The notes under the pieces were generated by a model. That model was given only the letters and a program-made list of their open reading frames with translations, searched no databases and was not told the DNA's origin. Source: Patescibacteria group bacterium (GTDB lineage: Bacteria > Patescibacteriota > Dojkabacteria > J137). Taken from it: a DNA stretch of 64,000 nucleotides. Both the position numbers and the translations under genes were made by a program. The stretch spans positions 852,136 through 916,135 of the forward strand of contig BOLA01000001.1 of assembly GCA_016861265.1 (NCBI GenBank). The letters are read 5' to 3'. This document shows positions 19,466 to 29,119 of this stretch, one piece after another (within the stretch, counting starts at the first letter, position 1; every line of letters begins with the position of its first letter).

Positions 19466-20578
19466 ATGAATTCAAATTTTGAGGATCCGAATAAAGAAAA
19501 AGAGGAAAGACAGACTATTATAGAAAGGCCTATTGCTGAACAGCCGCTCGCATCTTTTGAGCAACAGGAGAGTATCCAATGGAAAGTTGAAATCTTTACA
19601 GGTATTAGACCAACTGGGGATTTGACGGTGGCTAATTTTGTAGGGGCAGTAGCACCTATTCTTGAATTGCAAAATAATGGCAAACATCCTATGGTTTTTG
19701 TAGCTGATCTTCATGCAATGACAGATAAAGAACCTAAGATAGCAATGCAATTCACCAATGATGTTGTTGCAGATTATATAGCTTTAGGACTCAATCCAGA
19801 GCAAACGGATATATTTGTACAGTCTACAATTGCTCAACAGGTTGGACAACTCACATTATATTTAATGAGACATATTTCAATTGCTGAGCTTATTAGAGTA
19901 CCTACATTGAAAGATAAACTGAAAGATGGTCAAAGAGAAGAAAATGCAAGTGCTTTACTAGCAACTTACCCTGTCATGATGGCTGCAGATATTTTAATAC
20001 AGAGAGCAAAAGAAGTTCCTGTTGGAGAAGATCAAGTTCCACATATTGAAGTGACAAGATTACTTGCTAAACGCTTTAACGCACAATATGGTCAAACCTT
20101 GTATGTACCCAAAGTTCAACAAGTAGAAACATTAAGAATACGATCTTTGAAAGGTGAAGGTAAGATGAGTAAAACAAATCCCAATGGTGCTATTTTTTTA
20201 ACTGATAGCCTTGATGAGGTTGCAAAAAAAATTAAAAAGGCTGAAACAGCATTTGCAGGAGAAATGAGTCCTACTCTAGCAAGTCATGTTACTCTAGCAA
20301 AAAATCTAACCTATAAACCAGAAGATAAAGTTCTAATAGATGAGATAATAGAAGCACATATGCAGGGGCAAACTGTAATGGGTGATTTTAAAAAGATATT
20401 TACAGAAATTACATTAAGGTTTATAGAAAATTTCCAACAAAGAAGGGCACAAGTAATGTCCGATCCTACATATATTCCATCTATTCTAGAATACGGAGCT
20501 AAAAAGGCAAGAGAAAATGCGGACGAAACATTAGGTTCCGTTTACGAAGCTATGACTAGTGGCGCAAAGGAGGGATAA
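19466..20578 (+). CDS. trpS: tryptophanyl-tRNA synthetase (class I; TIGN-type HIGH variant) with an N-terminal extension of about 40 aa
   Basis: FTGIRPTGDLTVANFVGA resembles the Bacillus-type SGIQPSG..TIGNYIGA, with the KMSKT (KMSKS) motif downstream, and PVGEDQVPHIEVTRLLAKRFN. Confidence 0.7.
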   Translation: MNSNFEDPNKEKEERQTIIERPIAEQPLASFEQQESIQWKVEIFTGIRPTGDLTVANFVGAVAPILELQNNGKHPMVFVADLHAMTDKEPKIAMQFTNDVVADYIALGLNPEQTDIFVQSTIAQQVGQLTLYLMRHISIAELIRVPTLKDKLKDGQREENASALLATYPVMMAADILIQRAKEVPVGEDQVPHIEVTRLLAKRFNAQYGQTLYVPKVQQVETLRIRSLKGEGKMSKTNPNGAIFLTDSLDEVAKKIKKAETAFAGEMSPTLASHVTLAKNLTYKPEDKVLIDEIIEAHMQGQTVMGDFKKIFTEITLRFIENFQQRRAQVMSDPTYIPSILEYGAKKARENADETLGSVYEAMTSGAKEG

Positions 20579-20628
20579 GATTCTTAGGAGTGCAAAAAAT
20601 ATGGTATATATAAATTTGTATATTTCTT

Positions 20629-21726
20629 TTATGATTTGATCTGGTGTGCAAATTTTTGTGCTTGTTTACTAATCAGGTCTGCATCTTCAAAATAATTAAT
20701 CCCGATTGCACTTTTAACTCTCTGTGTCGTTTGGGAAGCCACATTACGTGCTTCTCGGCTGCCTTCAAGCAATATTTTATAAACTTGTGGAATGTTTTTT
20801 TGATATTCCTCTCTCCTAGTACGAAGTGGCATTAATTCTTCTTGAATAACATCATTTAAGAAACTTTTTATTTTCGTATCGCCTAGACCTCCTCTTCTGT
20901 AATGATCTTTCAGCTCATCTAAATTATTATAACCAGCTAGGTATCTTTGTAAATGATTAGGTTTACAAAAAGCATCTAAATAAGTAAAAACTGGATTATT
21001 TTCAACAGTGCCGGGATCTTCTACTTTTAAATGATTGGGATCTGTAAACATCCCCATAATTTTTTTCTTAATTTCCTCTGGCGAGTCTGCAAGGTAAATA
21101 CCATTATTTAAAGACTTGCTCATTTTCGCTTTCCCATCTAAGCCTGGTAATCTGCTACAAATATCATTCTCTGGTAATGATGCATTTGGTTCTACCAAAG
21201 TTTCTCCATAGATAGAATTAAAACTTCTAACAATTTCTCGTGTTTGTTCTATCATCGGTAGTTGATCGTCACCTACTGGAACAATATTAGCGTCAAATGC
21301 TGTAATGTCAGCAGCTTGGCTCACTGGATATGTCAAGAATCCAGCAGGAATACTTTTATTAAAACCTCTTAACTTTATTTCTTCCTTTACAGTAGGATTC
21401 CTTTGTAATCTTGCTACTGTAACTAAATTCAGAAAATAATATGTTAACTCACATAGCTCAGGAATCTGGGACTGAATAAAGATAGTAGATTTATTGGGGT
21501 CAATACCACATGCTAAATAATCTAATGCTACCTCTATTACATTTTGTCTTACTTTTTCAACATTGTCTGCGTTATCAGAAAGTGCCTGAGCATCCGCGAT
21601 CATAATAAAGATACCATCAAACTTTCCAGAGTTTTGCAATTCAACTCTTTTCTTTAATGATCCAACATAGTGACCTAAATGCAGTTTTCCTGTGGGCCTG
21701 TCCCCAGTTAGAATAATATTTTTCAT
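20629..21726 (-). CDS. trpS: tryptophanyl-tRNA synthetase (canonical HLGH-type)
   Basis: It carries TGDRPTGKLHLGHYVGSL (HIGH), KMSKSLNN and VPVGDDQLPMIEQTREI, and is 365 aa. Confidence 0.8.
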   Translation of the reverse strand: MKNIILTGDRPTGKLHLGHYVGSLKKRVELQNSGKFDGIFIMIADAQALSDNADNVEKVRQNVIEVALDYLACGIDPNKSTIFIQSQIPELCELTYYFLNLVTVARLQRNPTVKEEIKLRGFNKSIPAGFLTYPVSQAADITAFDANIVPVGDDQLPMIEQTREIVRSFNSIYGETLVEPNASLPENDICSRLPGLDGKAKMSKSLNNGIYLADSPEEIKKKIMGMFTDPNHLKVEDPGTVENNPVFTYLDAFCKPNHLQRYLAGYNNLDELKDHYRRGGLGDTKIKSFLNDVIQEELMPLRTRREEYQKNIPQVYKILLEGSREARNVASQTTQRVKSAIGINYFEDADLISKQAQKFAHQIKS

Positions 21727-21738
21727 AAAGAAACAGTC

Positions 21739-22935
21739 TTAATTCTTATATAAAAATAGTTCGTTGTATGTATCAATATCTTTTTCATATTTCGATTCTT
21801 CCCAAAGGGTTTTAATTTCAATAAAAAACTTCAAATATTCATACTTTATTTTAGTCCAATCTTCGTAATTTTGTTCTAGATTTTCAAAAGCACTTTTGGC
21901 TTCTATTAACTTGTCGGGACTCCAATTAGAAGCAAGTATCATCATTTGTAAAATAACCTCCTCATTTCTCTTCCCACAGTCAATAATTTTCCTATGTAAT
22001 TCCTCTTCGCTATCTCCAACATTAATAGAAGAGTCTGGAATGCTTTTTGACATTTTAACATAAGGGAAAAGACCACCAATAAGCTTTCCATACAATGCAC
22101 CGATTTCAGCATCTTGATGAACCAAGCTATCCACGCCTCCACTCTTCACTTTCATCCTATTAAGTGCAATTCTTGCTAAATACGGATGGTGATGTTCTTC
22201 CAATCCTACCGGCACTATTACACCTCGTTTTTTGTCACGAACTATCGGTAGGATAATATCTGTCATTGTATATGTCCTACTCACCATTTTTGAGAAATCG
22301 TTCCCAAGCAATTGTAATCTTTTATACATATCGTTAGTTACTTCACGATTTTCGAGCAAATCTTCAGTACTTAAAACACTAGAAACAAGTGAAAACACTC
22401 GGGAATGATCATGAAAGTTATGTGTTCTAATTTCACCGTTTTTTTCATTAAATCCCAATTTCTTAATAAAAGATATAAACTGATAGGAATTTCTTATTAG
22501 CTCATTTAATGGCTTTTGTCTTGAATTTAATGCACTTAATTCAGAAATGATTATATGAGTATAAATACCTGTTTGTTTTTGAAGTTCAAGTACTCTAAAA
22601 ATAGAAGAAAGTGTACCGGCCGTTGGGGAATTAGTAGGACCAAATCCTGTTACAATAGCTAACTCGGTCGTAGGAATTTTATTAAAGATTTCTAAATTAT
22701 CGTAACACAAATATTTAGAATTTAATTCATTGTGCTTCCCATAGCCATGTAATTGAATATTATTAGGAAACTTAACATACTTAAAATCTTCGATTATTTT
22801 GCCAAGTTTGTTATTGGAATATTCCAAATCCTTTAATGCATGCTTAAGATCATTTGCAACTTCTTCAATCGATTTATTTTGTTTCTCTGCTATTTCTTTT
22901 AATTCATCATTTGACAAATTTAAATTGGTTTTCAT
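21739..22935 (-). CDS. divergent TrpRS/TyrRS-family class I aminoacyl-tRNA-synthetase-like paralog with a degenerate HIGH motif
   Basis: KMSKSIPDSSINVGD and VPVGLEEHHHPYLARIA align to TrpRS. The HIGH position reads TGFGPTNSPTAGTL, with no His. A coiled N-terminal extension of about 100 aa is present. Confidence 0.5.
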   Translation of the reverse strand: MKTNLNLSNDELKEIAEKQNKSIEEVANDLKHALKDLEYSNNKLGKIIEDFKYVKFPNNIQLHGYGKHNELNSKYLCYDNLEIFNKIPTTELAIVTGFGPTNSPTAGTLSSIFRVLELQKQTGIYTHIIISELSALNSRQKPLNELIRNSYQFISFIKKLGFNEKNGEIRTHNFHDHSRVFSLVSSVLSTEDLLENREVTNDMYKRLQLLGNDFSKMVSRTYTMTDIILPIVRDKKRGVIVPVGLEEHHHPYLARIALNRMKVKSGGVDSLVHQDAEIGALYGKLIGGLFPYVKMSKSIPDSSINVGDSEEELHRKIIDCGKRNEEVILQMMILASNWSPDKLIEAKSAFENLEQNYEDWTKIKYEYLKFFIEIKTLWEESKYEKDIDTYNELFLYKN

Positions 22936-23300
22936 GATTCACAATAGAATGTTTATAAATAAGTATTAAACGCTACACTGTAGCGAAAATTTAACATTTA
23001 TAAGATGTAGTGTCAATTTGTTTGTATTTCATATGAATTCAAAAAATCAGACATTAATGCCATATTTTTTTATTAAAGAATTTATAATTTATTAAATTTC
23101 TTTAAAAAACTACAATAATAGATGTTATTGCAATTTCTTACAAAAATATACATACCCCACTAATTCCATTTCTATCCATTGGTTTGTCCAAATATCAAAA
23201 ATAAATACAGGTACTTTCTTCCCAGATTATATATTTTTCTTGACAAACATAAAAAAGATGGAATAAGATTAGTTAGTTCCTAAATATTAATACTATAAGT

Positions 23301-24104
23301 ATGAACATAAAAGAAGTGGTGATTGAGCCAATATATAAATTATTTAGAGCAGGTCAAAACGCATATTATGAGGCTGGGTTAAATCGTTATCAAGGAGATA
23401 AGTATGACTTAACAACCTTACAAATATCAAATTACTTTTCATTTAGGACTTCTCCGTTTAATGTAGATTTAAGGAAGTTAGCATACTATACAGAACATCA
23501 AATGATACCAGCTCCTAAAAGAGTTGGTATCAATTCTTTTTTAGGTGGAAGTATAGGTAAATATAAATACAAAACATCATTAATGCTTTGGTATATTGGT
23601 GAACTTAAAAAAAGAGGCATTAAAAGTCAGGATGAATTAAGACTACACATTTATAACTACTTTCACACTGAAAATTTACCTCCAAAGCCTGTTTCAGATA
23701 CGCCTTTTGCTGAAAGGTATATTTATACTTGGAGAATAAGCAAAATAACACCTGTACTTTTACCTGAATTTGAAGACTTTAATATTTATATGGAAAATGA
23801 AGAGCCAATTCCTGCAAAAAAGGCCACCTACTATTTTGAAGGTAAGCCATTTGATCAAATTCTCTTCTTTGAACGAAACCTAACAGAAAAAGAAAATGAA
23901 TTTCTTAAGATCTTACGAAAAAACAAAGAGTTTTTAAGTGCAAGTGGTATCAAAACCTATATTCTCAATTCTAAAGAAGAAGTTGAACAAAAAGACATTA
24001 TGGATTTATTCGTGTTTAAAGACTATCCAATAGTTTCAGATGATGATGATAAAAAATCTTATCGAGATTTACTTAATAAAAAATATACTTTTCAAAATAT
24101 ATGA
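23301..24104 (+). CDS. hypothetical protein (element cargo)
   Basis: A 267-aa ORF preceded by a long AT-rich leader. Confidence 0.4.
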   Translation: MNIKEVVIEPIYKLFRAGQNAYYEAGLNRYQGDKYDLTTLQISNYFSFRTSPFNVDLRKLAYYTEHQMIPAPKRVGINSFLGGSIGKYKYKTSLMLWYIGELKKRGIKSQDELRLHIYNYFHTENLPPKPVSDTPFAERYIYTWRISKITPVLLPEFEDFNIYMENEEPIPAKKATYYFEGKPFDQILFFERNLTEKENEFLKILRKNKEFLSASGIKTYILNSKEEVEQKDIMDLFVFKDYPIVSDDDDKKSYRDLLNKKYTFQNI

Positions 24105-24346
24105 TCAAACAAAACGATGAACTGTATGAAATAATATCTTTAAAGGTAAGAAAGCATAATTTGTTGAAAATGATCAAGCCTAAAGCAATTGAAAATCTAA
24201 TCAAGATGATACTTTGGCAGAAAGATGGGGTAATAACACTGATAATTAATAATGCGGAAATTACTAAGTTAAAACACGATTTTGAGATACGTTTAAATGA
24301 GGAAGGAGATTTAAAGACTGACGATAAGACAAAATTTATTAAGTAA
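24101..24346 (+). CDS. small hypothetical protein
   Basis: An 81-aa ORF overlapping the upstream stop (coupled). Confidence 0.3.
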   Translation: MIKQNDELYEIISLKVRKHNLLKMIKPKAIENLIKMILWQKDGVITLIINNAEITKLKHDFEIRLNEEGDLKTDDKTKFIK

Positions 24347-24477
24347 TTCTAATTAACCTTAGCTAACTTGATTGTTTAGAGAGGTCTAAGTTTCAGAAAA
24401 AAGAACATGTTTCTTAATCTGAGATTTGGATCTCTTTTTTTTGTATATATTTTACTTTTTAACAATTTACCAAAAAT

Positions 24478-24876
24478 ATGTCGCTAAACACACCAAAGAT
24501 CATTAAGAACTTTTTGAATGCTAATGAGAAAACAGAGAATAACTTTATCACTGCACTACTGTTAGATAAATCACTATTATTAAAAGAAAAAGAATTGTTG
24601 CTTTTTATCTTTCATTTAGCAAATCGTTCTGGTGATTTAAAAGTAAGTACCAAACAATTGGCTACATTTACTCTTACAGATTTAGAAAAACTCAGGATTG
24701 CCTACAGTGCTAATGCGAGTATAGCTTTTCAAAAACTTCACAGATTAGAAATTATTAATTGGAATAAAACTGAACATACCTTTGAAATCAATAACGACTG
24801 GATAGATGAAATATTAACTAGAGATCAAAACACTAGACTAGAGTTCTTTTACAAGTTATTACTCAAACAAAACTAA
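24478..24876 (+). CDS. hypothetical protein
   Basis: A 132-aa ORF whose stop overlaps the start of the next gene. Confidence 0.35.
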   Translation: MSLNTPKIIKNFLNANEKTENNFITALLLDKSLLLKEKELLLFIFHLANRSGDLKVSTKQLATFTLTDLEKLRIAYSANASIAFQKLHRLEIINWNKTEHTFEINNDWIDEILTRDQNTRLEFFYKLLLKQN

Positions 24877-25811
24877 TGTCTGAAAAGGTTGTTTTAAAAA
24901 TCTCAAAAGAGTTAGATAGAGGTAAAGCCTTTGTGCAAATTTTATCTAACCTAATTCGTAGTCCTGAAATTTCAGATTCAGAATTTAGAACATTCTTAGC
25001 TTTACTTGATTTTAAATGGAATGGGCAATCTAAAATCTTTCCGTCATTAACAACTCTTGAAAAAATACGTCATAAAAGCAGAAAAAGAATTGTTGCTCAT
25101 TTAAAAGGTTTAAAACAGATAGGTTTAATCTCTTATCAGAAATCCTCTGAAAGAAATAGTAATGAATATTTTTTTAACAAGATTGAATTTGAAGCAATAG
25201 ATAAAACGCCACTAGTAGACAAAAGTAAACTAGTGTACAAAACTACACCATCGCTAGGGTCGAAAAGTACACTACAGATAGTGGCGAAAACTACACCCGA
25301 AAGATACGAATATAAGAATACTAAATTTAATAAGACGTTAGCTGAAAACGACTTAAAAAAAATTGCTGATAAAAAGTCACAACGAAGTGACTTTGGAAGT
25401 TTCAAAGTTGATCCCAAAACAGAAGATTTTACTAAATACAATCCAGAAGCACTTGAATATGCAAAGTTACTGGACAATCTTGAAGATATTAAGTTTTATC
25501 AAAACTTGCTTGATGAAAAACAATTTACTCACGAAGAATTGCAATCTGCTTTCTGGAAAACATGTAACGAAATAAATACAGATAAAAAAGATGGCAAAAT
25601 TTTCTGGAAAAAGCCAGGAGCTTTATTTAATAAAAACTTGAAAGCAATTTTAGAACGAAAGAAACAAATTAAGAACGGCTTAGATAAATTAACAGACAGT
25701 AAAACAATTCCTAAAGAAAAAACAGAAAACGAAAAGTTGTCAGAATTTAATAAAAAACGAAATCATGCACTTAATTTATCTCAGAAATTACTAAATAGAG
25801 AAGGAATATAA
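24876..25811 (+). CDS. putative HTH replication-initiator-like protein (tentative)
   Basis: The N-terminal winged-helix-like segment (RTFLALLDFKWNGQSKIFPSLTTLEKIRHKSRKRIVAHLKGLKQIGLI) is followed by a charged region. It lies immediately upstream of the origin-like repeats. Confidence 0.35.
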   Translation: MSEKVVLKISKELDRGKAFVQILSNLIRSPEISDSEFRTFLALLDFKWNGQSKIFPSLTTLEKIRHKSRKRIVAHLKGLKQIGLISYQKSSERNSNEYFFNKIEFEAIDKTPLVDKSKLVYKTTPSLGSKSTLQIVAKTTPERYEYKNTKFNKTLAENDLKKIADKKSQRSDFGSFKVDPKTEDFTKYNPEALEYAKLLDNLEDIKFYQNLLDEKQFTHEELQSAFWKTCNEINTDKKDGKIFWKKPGALFNKNLKAILERKKQIKNGLDKLTDSKTIPKEKTENEKLSEFNKKRNHALNLSQKLLNREGI

Positions 25812-25904
25812 CTGATGAACGAAGTGATGAAACTATGGTGAAACTGCTAATCCGAAAAAATGACTATTTTACGATCTTTAAAAACCTACCAAAGCGAGAG
25901 CCAC

Positions 25905-26165
25905 TAAACCTTACTAACTCCGAACGGGAGTGATTGGGTGCCCTCCTATCGGAGCCCACCCAATCACTCCCTCGACAAAGTTACACGTTGTGTTGTTTGT
26001 CGTCTGAGTTAGTAAGGTTTAGTAGGGTAGGTAGTAGGTAGTTAGTAATAGTAAGTTAGGTAGGATAGATAGAGAAGAATAAAGAAGAGAGATTGAGAAG
26101 ATAGAGATTTTAGGTAGGTTAGTTTTTAAGTATTTGTTGAGATTTATTATTTTTTAATTTTTTTA
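25905..26165. repeat. nested inverted repeats plus C-free purine-rich repeat tract (candidate ori, oriT or att region)
   Basis: The 18-bp inverted repeat ACTAAACCTTACTAACTC...GAGTTAGTAAGGTTTAGT encloses a perfect 15-bp hairpin GGGAGTGATTGGGTG-(16 nt)-CACCCAATCACTCCC (about 25926..25971) and the 7-bp CGACAAA...TTTGTCG. About 150 nt follow with almost no C on the + strand, containing TAGGTAG-like and GAGA/AAGA repeats. Confidence 0.6.
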
Positions 26166-26170
26166 TATAA

Positions 26171-27148
26171 ATGATTGGTTCAAATATTTTAAAAAGTTCT
26201 GATGTGGAAATTTTGTATACAGTGAGTATTTTTAAGTTTATTCCGCTTAAAGTTTTGGCTGATATTTTGATTGCTAAGAATATTTATAGTTTTTATCAAG
26301 GAGTTGCCAGAAGTATTACAAGACTCGAAAAACAGGGGTTGTTAAGAACTAAATACTATGCAAATCATTCAAAAATCATATTTTTATCAAAGACAGGTGC
26401 AGGAGTTTTATCAGTGAATAAAGGTATTCCACTAGAAAACATTAACTGTCCTGACCGAATTACTAATGTAAATTTCTTTGCCATTGAACATACAATTGAA
26501 GTGTCTAAATTGTTTTACATATTTTCTACTGAGTGCGAAAGATATGGATTTAAGCTAGTAGAATTCCAAGGAGATGCTTATCAAAGATACATATATTCTT
26601 TTAAGGAATGGATTAACAATGACCAAAAGAAAATAACTAAATATGTAATTCCAGATGCTTTTGTAAGAATTGATGTTGGAGATGAAAAGATTTATGAATT
26701 TTATGTTGAATATGATAAAGGTTCTGAATATTCAAAAGATATTGCAGAAAAATATCAAAAGTATTTTGAATACTATTCCCTTTCAGAAAAGTACAAGCTT
26801 AATAACGATGATAAGTTTCCATCTGTTTTATTCATAACGACAACTAAGAAAAGAATATTGAACCTTATTCCTGATATGCCTAAAAAGGATGGGAATAGAT
26901 ATGAGCTATACGGAAACAGAGGCTTAAGGAATGTAGTATTTCAAGGAATTGAAAACGCAAAGGGAGATACGAATCACGATAGTTACAGAATTCACAAGTT
27001 TTTGAAAGATGAAAACAAGTTTCTGTTCATTGAGTACGAAAGCCTATTAAAGAATAAGTTTGAAGCTACTTGGTTAAACTTTATTCAACAGCCAATTTCC
27101 TTACATTACTTTTTAACAAATCCATTTATTGAACCTAAATCTTATTGA
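26171..27148 (+). CDS. replication-relaxation-family-like protein (tentative)
   Basis: It has an N-terminal wHTH-like region (ILYTVSIFKFIPLKVLADIL...ITRLEKQGLL), as in the PF13814-type plasmid proteins. Confidence 0.35.
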   Translation: MIGSNILKSSDVEILYTVSIFKFIPLKVLADILIAKNIYSFYQGVARSITRLEKQGLLRTKYYANHSKIIFLSKTGAGVLSVNKGIPLENINCPDRITNVNFFAIEHTIEVSKLFYIFSTECERYGFKLVEFQGDAYQRYIYSFKEWINNDQKKITKYVIPDAFVRIDVGDEKIYEFYVEYDKGSEYSKDIAEKYQKYFEYYSLSEKYKLNNDDKFPSVLFITTTKKRILNLIPDMPKKDGNRYELYGNRGLRNVVFQGIENAKGDTNHDSYRIHKFLKDENKFLFIEYESLLKNKFEATWLNFIQQPISLHYFLTNPFIEPKSY

Positions 27149-27407
27149 TGAAAATCTAAAGTTTATAAATCAATTTGATATTGATTCTAAAGAAATTTCT
27201 GCTGAAAGAGCCAGAGAAATCTTGGGTTCAAAGGCTGACGGCTTGAATGATGATGAATTACAGGTTGTTATAAATATGGTGATGACTATGGCTGAAATAG
27301 CTGTCGGAGATTTTTTTAATAAAAAAGTACCAGAAGATGAAAAGAAGTTATATAATTTAACTGCAAATCAATCAAAAAGGGTAAAACGAAAGAAAACTAG
27401 ACTTTAG
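27129..27407 (+). CDS. small hypothetical protein
   Basis: A 92-aa ORF overlapping the upstream stop. Confidence 0.3.
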   Translation: MNLNLIDENLKFINQFDIDSKEISAERAREILGSKADGLNDDELQVVINMVMTMAEIAVGDFFNKKVPEDEKKLYNLTANQSKRVKRKKTRL

Positions 27408-27509
27408 TCTGTTATCTTTACAGATAAGGGGCTACTTGGAACAGTCTTTACCCAAAGATTGATTTGCACCAGGTAGTCCCTTTTCTGTTTAGTTTTTACT
27501 ATTTAAAAT

Positions 27510-29084
27510 ATGAACAAACCAAAAGCAGTCATTTACACTAGAGTTTCATCAGATAGACAGATTGATAATACAAGTCTTGCCGATCAATTAAAAAAAGGTA
27601 AAGAGTATTGTGAGCGAAGAGGCTTAGAATTCGTTACAGAATTTAGAGAAGAAGGAGAATCAGCAGAACTAGCAGATAGAACAATTTTGAAAGAAGCATT
27701 GAATTATTGTGGCTTAAAGAAAAATGATATTACATATTTTCTAGTATTTAAGTTCGATAGATTCTCTCGTTCTGTTGAAAACCACCACCTAATTAAAGCT
27801 ATATTAAGCCGTAGTGGAGTTAAATTGATCTCAATGACAGAAGAGACACCTGACACTCCGGCAGGAAGATTAACAGAAAATATGCTTGCAACAATAGCCC
27901 AGTTTGATAACGAAGTCCGAACTGAAAGATGTATTAATGGGATTAAAGCAAAATTAAGACAAGGTATTTGGGTTTATGATTCTCCACTTGGATATATGAA
28001 AGATACAAACTTTAAAGGTAGTGGTGCTAAACCAGATATTCCAGATCCAGCAAAGTTTGAAATTGTAAAAGAAGGATGGAAAATGATGCTAACTGGAAGA
28101 TATAGGTCAAAAGATGTTTTAGAGTTTTTTCATAAAAAGGGATTAAGAAATAGGTATGGGAATAAATTAATTGCACAATCTGTTTCAAAGATTTTTTACA
28201 ATAAGTTCTATGCAGGATTATTGTTTGTTGATAGTTTTGGAATTGAAGAAAAAGGACAGCACCAACCAATGATTACGCTAGATGAATTCTATGCAGTTCA
28301 AGCAATTTTGGCTAAATACAATAATGGAAATCAAGTTAAGCATTTAGGTTACAATCCAGAATTTCCACTGAATAAAACAATTAAGTGTACTTGTTGTGGG
28401 AAATTTATGACTGGTGCTTGGTCTAAACAAAAAGGAGTATTTGGATATTACGCGTGCAGAAGACCCGAATGTAAGGAAAGAGATAAAATCAAGAAAGCTG
28501 ATGCAGAGACTTCATTTATTGAGCTATTGGAGAGAATTACTCCATCTCAAGAATTAGTAGATTTATACAAGGAAGCAGTTACCAAAGTATATTTGAAAAA
28601 ACTTCGAGAGAAAGAAGATATACAAAGGCATATTAAAAGTGAACTAAATGAGCTTGAGGTTAGATTATCTAAACTTGAAGAGCTTGTTGAAACAGATGTC
28701 TATTCTGTTGAAAAGTTTAAAGAAAAGTCTAAACCACTTGTACATGAGATTGCAGTTAAGAAAGTATCACTTTCTGAAACAAACATTGATTTATATGATG
28801 CGGAGGAATGTGTTAATTACTCCGTAAATTTTTTACAACTTTTACCTAAATATTGGATATCTCTGTCTGTAAAGGCAAAACATAGATTGCATGAGGTACT
28901 TTTCCCCGAAGGTCTAATTCTCGAAAATGGAAGAGTTACAACCAAGGCATTAGCCCAGTTCTATAATGATATTGAAGCAATTTCAGATGGTAATGTCCCA
29001 TCTGGTACACCCGGAGGGAGTCGAACCCCCAACCTTCGGTTCCGAAGACCGCTGCTCTATCCATTGAGCTACGGGTGCGCATAA
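27510..29084 (+). CDS. large serine recombinase/integrase
   Basis: It has an N-terminal resolvase domain with the catalytic Ser (AVIYTRVSSDRQ), a recombinase domain and a zinc ribbon (CTCCGKF...YYACRRPEC), followed by a coiled coil. The 3' end reads through tRNA-Arg. Confidence 0.8.
   Translation: MNKPKAVIYTRVSSDRQIDNTSLADQLKKGKEYCERRGLEFVTEFREEGESAELADRTILKEALNYCGLKKNDITYFLVFKFDRFSRSVENHHLIKAILSRSGVKLISMTEETPDTPAGRLTENMLATIAQFDNEVRTERCINGIKAKLRQGIWVYDSPLGYMKDTNFKGSGAKPDIPDPAKFEIVKEGWKMMLTGRYRSKDVLEFFHKKGLRNRYGNKLIAQSVSKIFYNKFYAGLLFVDSFGIEEKGQHQPMITLDEFYAVQAILAKYNNGNQVKHLGYNPEFPLNKTIKCTCCGKFMTGAWSKQKGVFGYYACRRPECKERDKIKKADAETSFIELLERITPSQELVDLYKEAVTKVYLKKLREKEDIQRHIKSELNELEVRLSKLEELVETDVYSVEKFKEKSKPLVHEIAVKKVSLSETNIDLYDAEECVNYSVNFLQLLPKYWISLSVKAKHRLHEVLFPEGLILENGRVTTKALAQFYNDIEAISDGNVPSGTPGGSRTPNLRFRRPLLYPLSYGCA
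29004..29078 (-). tRNA. tRNA-Arg (anticodon UCG) with encoded CCA
   Basis: It folds manually as acceptor GCACCCG/CGGGTGT, U8A9, D-arm GCTC-AATGGATA-GAGC, anticodon arm GCGGT-CTTCGGA-ACCGA and T-arm GGGGG-TTCGACT-CCCTC, then A-CCA. Confidence 0.75.
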
Positions 29085-29119
29085 AAATTTTAGCACTTAA
29101 GCGTGATCTTGGATAATAC

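Larger units (their letters stand above)
23000..29084 (+). mobile_element. putative integrative element (small plasmid- or phage-like cargo) integrated at tRNA-Arg. It carries a large serine recombinase, putative replication proteins and an origin-like repeat region.
   Basis: All eight ORFs are co-oriented. They include an HTH/initiator-like protein, a replication-relaxation-like protein and a serine recombinase whose last 26 codons are the tRNA-Arg sequence. A nested inverted-repeat plus C-free tract lies inside. The left boundary is not defined; 23000 is placed within the 365-bp AT-rich spacer. Confidence 0.5.
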
